From Octopus sinensis (Eukaryota), in contig NW_021825131.1 in assembly GCF_006345805.1 (NCBI RefSeq), positions 1 to 16,552 of the forward strand: a DNA stretch of 16,552 nt, written 5' to 3'. The translations under genes were made by a program, and so were the position numbers. Of this stretch, positions 9,690-16,552 are shown in pieces. The first letter of the stretch is position 1. Each line of letters starts with the position of its first letter. Below the pieces are notes generated by a model that saw only the letters and a program-made list of their open reading frames with translations, did no database searches and was not told the origin of the DNA.

Positions 9690-9950
9690 AGATGAGCGTT
9701 GAGCGGTGTGTTGTTGGACAACCTGCACAAATGGTTTTTGTTTGTAGATGAAGCAATGTTTGTGGTTCCCATCCACTCCTCCCCCTTATCAAAATCGACG
9801 TTTCCCGAACAGGTGCACACTGTGCTGCATGTCAGGTGTCGAAGTGGTTCGCAGAGCAACGTGAAAGGAACTGCTTTGCTCAAGAACACGACTCCACAAC
9901 GCCCAACCCGAGATTCGAAACTACGATCGCAAGATCACGATTGTAACACC
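9690..9950 (-). mobile_element. Old tRNA-derived SINE (family C), 5' part interrupted
   Basis: Minus strand has B-box-like GTTTCGAATCTC (9910-9921) followed by GTGTTCTTGAGCA (9877-9889), resembling the V-/CORE-SINE central motif. A related fragment lies at 11534-11548. The 3' boundary is approximate. Confidence 0.5.
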
Positions 9951-10157
9951 CTCATTTACTCTTTTTACTTGTTTCAGTCATTTTGACTGCGGCCATGCTG
10001 GAACACCGCCTTTAGTCGAGCAAATCGACCCCAGGACTTATTCTTTGTAAGCCTAGTACTTATTCTAACGGTCTCTTTTTCCGAACCGCTAAGTTAGAGA
10101 ACGCAAACACACCAGCATCGGTTGTCAAGCAATGTTCGGGAGACAAACACAGACACA

Positions 10158-10242
<85 letters not shown>

Positions 10243-10411
10243 TATATACGACGGGCTTCTTTCAGTTTCCGTCTACCAAATCTACTCACAAGGCTTTGGT
10301 CGGCCCGAGACTATAGTAGAAGACACTTGCCCAAGGTGACACGCAGTGGGACTGAACCCGGAACCATGTGGTTGGTAAGCAAGCTACTTACCACACAGCC
10401 ACTCCTGCGCC
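9951..10411 (-). mobile_element. Full-length tRNA-derived CORE-type SINE (family B, OR-like) with internal microsatellite
   Basis: Minus strand: head GGCGCAGGAGTGGCTGTGTGGTAAG, B-box GGGTTCAGTCCC (10348-10359), CORE-like CCTTGGGCAAGT (10325-10336), (TA)n(TG)n middle, tail CCAGCATGGCCGCAGTCAAAATGACTGAAACAAGTAAAAAGAG. Other copies occur in the window. Confidence 0.85.
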
Positions 10412-10439
10412 TATATGTATAATCACTTTTTTAAAAAAC

Positions 10440-10628
10440 ACTTTTCCTTGCTTCAGTCATTGCACTGACCATGCTGCAGCACAACCTTGAAGGGTTTTAT
10501 AGTTGAACAAATCGGCCGCAGTATTTATGATGTATGCCTACTACTTGTTCTATGGATTCCTTAAATTGAACCGCAAAGTTACGGAGTCGTAAACAAACCA
10601 ACAATGACTACCAAGCAGTTGGCGGGAT
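10440..10628 (-). mobile_element. Diverged 3' half of a family B-like SINE
   Basis: Similar to 9960-10140 (TTCAGTCATT..CTG.CCATGCTG, GAACCGC.AAGTTA, AAAC..ACCA). Confidence 0.65.
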
Positions 10629-10646
10629 AATCATTGATAGAAAGAT

Positions 10647-11025
10647 ACGTACGTACATACATACATACACACATACATACATACATGCATGCATACATAC
10701 ATACATACATACATACATACATGCATACATACATACATACATACATACATACACACATACATACATACATACATACATACATACATACATACATACATAC
10801 ATACATACAAACATACATACATACATACATTCATACATACGTACATACATACATACATACATACATAAATACATACATAAATACATACATACATACATAC
10901 ATACATACACACATACATACATACATACATACATACATACATACATTCATACATACATACATACATACATACATACATACATACATACATACATTCATAC
11001 ATACATACATACATACATACATACA

Positions 11026-11059
<34 letters not shown>

Positions 11060-11065
11060 CATTCA

Positions 11066-11099
<34 letters not shown>

Positions 11100-11310
11100 C
11101 ATACATTCATACATACATACAAACATACACACATACGTACATACATACATACATACATACATACATACATACATACATACATACATACATACATACATAC
11201 ACACATACATACATACATACATACATACATACATACATACATACATACATACATACATACATACATACACACATACATACACACATACACACATACACAC
11301 ATACATACAT
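10647..11310. repeat. (TACA)n microsatellite, about 660 bp
   Basis: Direct inspection. Confidence 0.97.
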
Positions 11311-11326
11311 GTTTATATGCATGTAC

Positions 11327-11440
11327 AGGTTCCTTTCCACCGCGTGGCACCTTGGGCAAATATTATATACTTCAGCCTCGGGTCACCAAAATCTTGTGAG
11401 TAAACCCGGTAGACGGAAACTGAAAGAAGCCCACCGTATA
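11327..11440 (+). mobile_element. 5'-truncated head/CORE segment of a family B SINE
   Basis: GCGTGGCACCTTGGGCAA...GGTAGACGGAAACTGAAAGAAGCCC matches the reverse complement of 10248-10350. Confidence 0.8.
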
Positions 11441-11445
11441 TATAT

Positions 11446-11503
<58 letters not shown>

Positions 11504-11564
11504 CCGTGTGTGTGGTGTGTGTGTGTGTTTTGGTCAAGAACACAACGCGTTACCCGCGTCACCC

Positions 11565-11690
11565 ACGACTTATTCCTTGTAAACCTAGTACTTATTTTTA
11601 ACAGTCTCTTATACCGAACCGGTAAGTTACGGTGACGTAAACACACCAACCTTGATGCCAAGCGAGGATGGGGACGAACACAGACACAAA
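11565..11690 (-). mobile_element. Internal/3' segment of a family B SINE
   Basis: GACTTATTC.TTGTAA.CCTAGTACTTATT...CCGAACCG.TAAGTTA...AAACACACCA matches 10035-10150. Confidence 0.75.
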
Positions 11691-12000
11691 AATATTTACA
11701 TATATATACACAGAGACACACACACACAGCTTTATATATATATATATATATATATATAAAGAGAGAGAGAGAGAGAGAGAGATAGAGAGAGTTAGACTTG
11801 GATGGGTGGATGGATAGATAGATACGTACACACGTACATACCTACATATATTTATATATATACACATGTATTTTTATATACATATATGCATATATGCATA
11901 AGTGTGTATGTGTGTGCGTGTATATACATGTATATATACATCTGTTTGTTCGTATGTGTGTGTGCATGTGTGTGTTTGCATGTGTGCATGTGTGTGTGTG
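11691..12000. repeat. Mixed (TA)n/(GA)n/(TG)n microsatellite
   Basis: Direct inspection. Confidence 0.88.
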
Positions 12001-12183
12001 TCTTGCTATACGAGCGTGTGTCCGTACCTATATTTCCAAGCGGATATCCTGGCGTATATTCCTGTGGAAATTTCCATATTCATGGCTTTCTCTCCGGAGG
12101 GGAATCGTTGCGGTTTTAATGGATAAACCCGTAAGTCACTAAATGAAAGGTTAAACCATATTAACCCTTTCATATTCACTTAC

Positions 12184-12274
12184 CTGCTGGCCATTCTTTT
12201 ACGCTCAGGTGAAATGAAAACTGATAATGAGCCTCGAGGTTACTTTTTATCCAATAATTTTTATTCTTTCCCAT
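12184..12274 (-). other. Candidate 91-nt spliceosomal exon
   Basis: Minus strand: acceptor CCTCTCCTTCCGTCTCAG| and donor CAG|GTAAGT, inside a non-repetitive island. One frame is open (MGKNKNYWIKSNLEAHYQFSFHLSVKEWPA); no homology recognised. Confidence 0.45.
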
Positions 12275-12529
12275 CTGAGACGGAAGGAGAGGTATATCTT
12301 GCATATATCAATTTAATAACCCTTTCTAAGTCCCTATTTAATGACATGCATATTGCAGGTCCCTATTTTTATTGTCAGTTGTTGGTTCTTGATCCCTATC
12401 TTTCGAGAAAGCCACTCTGTTTTATCGCATATCGCGTTAATTTGATTTACAAAATGATGTCAAATCGTGTGTTCTGTAATGGATTCCAAAGGTTGACTGG
12501 GAGTAGGAGGGTGAAGATTTGGGTGTGGT

Positions 12530-12883
12530 GAGAGGTGGGAGTGAAAGAGAGTGGGAGATAGTGGGATGGGTGGGAGTAGTGGGAGGTGTACAGAGTCGGT
12601 GAGGGGAGATCAAGAGGGGGAGGGAGACTGAATGGGAGGGAGGGAGAGGGAGACGGGATTAGAGGGAGTAAGAAGAAAATTGACATAGGGAGAAAGAGAG
12701 AGAGAGAGAGAGAGAGAGTGAATAATAATGAGAGTGACTGAGTGACATAGAGAGAGAGGGAGAGGAAGAGAAAGAAGAAGACGGAGTCGGAAGTGAATGC
12801 GGGAGAATGAGAGAGAGAGAGAGAGACTGCCATAGAGAGAAAGAGAGAGACTGAATGACATAGAGAGAGATAGAGAAAGAGAC

Positions 12884-12926
<43 letters not shown>

Positions 12927-13280
12927 TTGATACAAACAGGGAGAGAAATATAAGCACAGACTGGGGAGCGAGAGAGAGAGAGAGACTAAGAAAAGAGAGA
13001 AAGAGAGAGAGAGAAAAGCTAAGAAAAGAGAGAAAGAGAGAGAGAGAGAGAAACGAAGACAAGAGTGAAAGAAAGAGAAAGAGAAACTAAGAAAAGAGAG
13101 AAAGAGAGAGAGAGAGAGAAACTAAGTAAAGAGAGAGACTAAGAAAAGAGAGAGATAAAGACAGACAGTCAGATAGAGAGAAACAAGGAAAGAGGGGAAG
13201 TGAGATAGACAGAAAATAGGCAGATAGAAGGGAGAGACAAAGAGAGAGGGTAAATAGCGGGTTAGAGAGAGAGAGGGGGA
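12530..13280. repeat. (GA)n-rich polypurine tract
   Basis: Direct inspection; includes repeated CTAAGAAAAGAGAGAAAGAGAG units at ~12986-13155. Confidence 0.93.
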
Positions 13281-13640
13281 GGCAGCGACCGAGAAAACCC
13301 GGGTGGAGAGGGTCGTAGCACAATGTCAGGTGCGAGGTTGTACGATGCGTGCAGAGTTTTCTGTGCAGTGAAATGTATGAAGAAATCTGTGGTGCAGCTG
13401 CAGTGTTGGGTTGGAGTATTAGCAGTGGTGATGGTGGTGGTGGTAGTGGCAGCTGCGGTGGGGGGGTTGTCATCATCAAGGTCGGTGAGAGAGTGAGAGG
13501 GGGGAGTTAAGGATTGGTAGACGGTAGCAGCAAGTCCCGCGCCAAACGGCGCACTCACTGCAAACAAGCACCAACGACAATCCTTTGGCAGCACAGATGC
13601 GTTCGCGTCTCGGTGTGAACTGTTAACACACCGACGCAAT
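13280..13640. promoter_or_regulatory. CpG-rich promoter-like island
   Basis: E2F-type TTTGGCGCGGGA on minus (13535-13546), CCAAT on minus (13513-13517), candidate minus-strand donor GCA|GTGAGT at 13559/13558. Motif matches only. Confidence 0.3.
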
Positions 13641-13657
13641 TAAATTTACTTCATTTT

Positions 13658-14892
13658 GCTGCAGGCAAGAAGCTCCCTTGGCAAACACGTGGTCTCGGTT
13701 TCAATCCCTCTGTGAGGAAACTTGGGCAAGTGGCCTCTGCGGCGAGCTGGCAGAACCGTTAGCACGCCGGGCGAAATGCTTAGCGGTATTTCGTCTGCCG
13801 TTACGTTCTGAGTTCAAATTCCACTGAGGTCGACTTTGCTTTTCATCATTTCGGGGTCGATAAATTAAGTACCAGTTACACACCAGTGTGTAACTGGTAC
13901 ATATAATCAATTTAATACTTATGTCTGTCCTTGTTTGTCCCCTCTATGTTTAGCCCCTTGTGGGTAATAAAGAAATAGGTATTTCGTCTGCCGCTACGTT
14001 CTGAGTTCAAATTCCGCCGAGGTCGACATTACCTTTCATCCTTTCGGGGTCGATTAAATAAGTACCAGTTACGCACTGGAGTCGATGTAATCGACTTAAT
14101 ACCTATGTCTGTCCATGTTTGTCTCCTCTATGTTTAGCCCCTTGTGGGTAATAAAGAAATAGGTATTTCGTCTGCCGTTACGTTGAGTTCAAATTCCGCC
14201 GAGGTCGACTTTGCCTTTCATTTCGGGGTCGATAAATTAAGTACCAGTTACGCACTGGGGGTCGATATAATCGATTTAATACCTATGTCTGTCCTTGTTT
14301 GTCCCCTCTATGTTTAGCCCCTTGTGGGTAATAAAGAAATAGGTATTTCGTCTGCCGTTACGTTGTGAGTTCAAATTCCGCCGAGGTCGACTTTGCCTTT
14401 CATCCTTTCGGAGTCGATTAAATAAGTACCAGTTACGCACTGGGGTCGATATAATCGACTTGATCCGTTGTCTGTCCTTGTTTGTCCCCTCTGTGTTTAG
14501 TCCCTTGTGGGTAGTAAAGAAATAGATATTGCAACGGGCAGACCAATGCCCTGTGAGTAGATCTGGCGGACGGAAATCGTGTGGAAGTACGTCACACCAC
14601 ACCACACACACACACTCACAAACACACACACACACACATACACACACATGAGCGGGTGTGGGTGAGTGTGCCTCGTTGTGCATGTGTTTGTCACTTCATG
14701 CCACCGCTTCACAACCGGTGTTTTTTTGTTTACGTCCCTGTAACTTGGCGGTTCATTAAAAGAGACCGATAGAATAAGCGCCGATCTTAAATCAAACCCT
14801 GTTTGATTTATTCGACTAATAATCTTCGAAGCTGTGCCCCAGCATGACCGCAACCCAACGCCTGAAACAACTAAAAAAGAAAAGCTAAAAGA
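13658..14892 (+). mobile_element. Diverged family B SINE split by a nested insertion (host parts 13658-13739 and 14525-14892)
   Basis: The left part ends CTTGGGCAAGTGGCCTCT and the right part resumes ATATTGCAACGGGCAGACCAATGCCCTGTGAGTAGATCTGG, collinear with the intact copy at 9951-10411. Microsatellite and GTGCCCCAGCATG...CTGAAACAA tail follow. Confidence 0.75.
13741..14524 (+). mobile_element. Family A SINE as one head plus four tandem units (193, 184, 180, 183 bp)
   Basis: Units start GGTATTTCGTCTGCCG at 13785, 13978, 14162 and 14342. Each has B-box GAGTTCAAATTCC and ends TAAAGAAATA; only the first has the 5' head. Confidence 0.92.
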
Positions 14893-15476
14893 AGCATCCT
14901 GGATCTCCGACGTTGAGTGACGATGATTCCGGTGCCAACATTGCAAAGAGGGTAGATATATAGACGGGAGAGGTTGATTTCATCTTTAAGAACATGGTCG
15001 TAGAAGGTCCTTCTCCATCTGCAGACTTTTTATCAGTATAAAAATGAGTATAAAAATGTGCATTGTCTGTTTAATTAAAAAATTCTATATGTGGCTGAAG
15101 ATTGCTCTGCATTTTAAAACTGATGTTATACTTACATTAATAAATAAAATGATGTTGCATGAAACGATTGTACCACACTACCTTGGATATCCTTATTGCT
15201 TATTTTGATTATGTATATACACATACACATATATATATATAATAAGAAAATGGAGGTATAGATTTCTATCAATCATCAACTACTACATGGCCTTGCTATT
15301 TGCTTTTGAGCCAAATTAACTAACTAACTAACTAACTACTAGATAATACCAATTCATATACTTTATTAACTAATTATTTAGGAACATCCAGATCAAACAT
15401 AATAATACAGAATAAAACAGTACACATCAATGAGTAAGATAATACCATAAGAACAATACATATAAATATAAAATGG

Positions 15477-15602
15477 ATCTTACAGCTTTTTCAGCCTGTA
15501 GATAAGAGTATCATATTATGCTCATATTAGTCAGATGTATTAAGGTAATATTCGGTTATAAATGAGTTACTTATATATATATCTCAAGGCCTCGTCAGAG
15601 AT
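15477..15602 (-). ncRNA. Type I hammerhead ribozyme with a long helix II
   Basis: Minus strand: AUCU-CUGACGA-GGCCUUGAGAUA...UAUCUACAGGCU-GAAA-AAGCU-GUA-AGAU. Helix I is AUCU/AGAU and both core boxes are intact. Helix III is one substitution (15488) away from the palindrome ACAGCUGU. Confidence 0.65.
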
Positions 15603-15686
15603 TATAAAGTATTAGCCTTTCTGGGTACTTTACTGGCAGTATATTGGATAAATGTGGGTTACACTCACAACCCCTATCTCACTTTG

Positions 15687-15687
<1 letters not shown>

Positions 15688-15721
<34 letters not shown>

Positions 15722-15782
15722 CATAGACATATAGATATAAATATATATATATATACATAGACATATAGATATAAATATATAC

Positions 15783-15813
<31 letters not shown>

Positions 15814-15850
15814 TGTATGTATGTATGTATGTATGTATGTATGTATGTAT
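15688..15850. repeat. (TA)n/(TATG)n microsatellite
   Basis: Direct inspection. Confidence 0.93.
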
Positions 15851-15972
15851 TCAATTATGAATAAACATATACTTATATATTTCGTATTTGGATTTGGTTT
15901 GCAAGATCTTAAAGGGCTTTAGACGAAAAAAAATAACCCCCGCTCTTTTGTCATATATTTCGTAATTCTGCC

Positions 15973-16318
15973 ATCGGTTTCTTTTTACCGAACCGCTAGT
16001 TTACGCCAACGTAAACAAACTGACACCGGTTCTCAACCAGTATGTAAACAAACACAGAGACAACGACACACACAAATACATACACACACACACACACGCA
16101 GACATACACATATACCCACGTATATACACACACATATTTGTATATAGAAACGACGGGTTTCCACTCAGTTTCCGTCAACCAAATTCACCCACCTGACAGT
16201 AACAGGCCCCGGGGGCTTTAGTAGAAGACACTTGCCTCGGTTGCTGCGAAGAGGGACAGAACCCAAAACCACATGGTTGCTAAGCGAGCTCCTTAACCAC
16301 ACAACCATTACCTGTACC
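15973..16318 (-). mobile_element. Diverged family B SINE lacking its 3' tail
   Basis: CCGAACCGCTA..AAAC, microsatellite, ACGACGGG.TT..CAGTTTCCGTC.ACCAAAT, AGTAGAAGACACTTGCC, ACCA..TGGTTG.TAAGC.AGCT: collinear with 10070-10411. Confidence 0.8.
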
Positions 16319-16511
16319 TAAAATCTAAATAATTCCACCCTATAAATTAAATTTTAGAATTACTCAGCAAAGTGTCGGCTGTTTGCAATATTGAAACGGT
16401 GATGCTAATAAACGTTGATAGGATTGCCCTGGGATAAATCTTGTGAACATTACAGCAAATTATATCAAATTATATTAGCCATTATATGATAATATAATAT
16501 AATATAAGCTA

Positions 16512-16512
<1 letters not shown>

Positions 16513-16552
<40 letters not shown>
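16513..16552. repeat. (ATT)n microsatellite running off the window end
   Basis: Direct inspection. Confidence 0.95.

Noticed and set aside
6244-11635. HTYI/MYVC-repeat ORFs up to 333 aa
   Set aside because: They are translations of (TACA)n microsatellites.
12143-12173. ATGAAAGGTTAA/TTAACCCTTTCAT inverted repeat as piggyBac-type ends
   Set aside because: Only about 12 bp, imperfect, facing outward, with no partner termini found.
13785-14524. CRISPR array
   Set aside because: The ~184-bp units are repeated in full with no unique spacers, there are no cas genes, and the context is eukaryotic.

Overview
Eukaryotic, repeat-saturated, mostly non-coding DNA. The mix of (TACA)n, (TA)n, (GA)n, (GAA)n and (GGT)n microsatellites with tRNA-derived SINEs resembles an Octopus (coleoid cephalopod) genome; this is pattern recognition, not a search result. 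Nearly all ORFs in the track are microsatellite artefacts. Supported content: a decayed DD37D (maT-type) Tc1/mariner transposase (3854-4436); two inverted copies of a ~390-bp non-autonomous Helitron (3128-3521 minus, 8021-8412 plus); at least three SINE types, including a TSD-flanked dimer and a four-unit array nested inside another SINE. The most interesting signal is a set of hammerhead-ribozyme (HHR) motifs of the Penelope-like-element type. Two lie back-to-back on opposite strands in a 159-bp palindrome (2958-3116), one has a ~100-nt helix II (15477-15602, minus), and two are degenerate (4488-4529, 8535-8572). Weaker signals are CpG-rich promoter-like islands and a candidate minus-strand exon (12184-12274) with strong splice sites.
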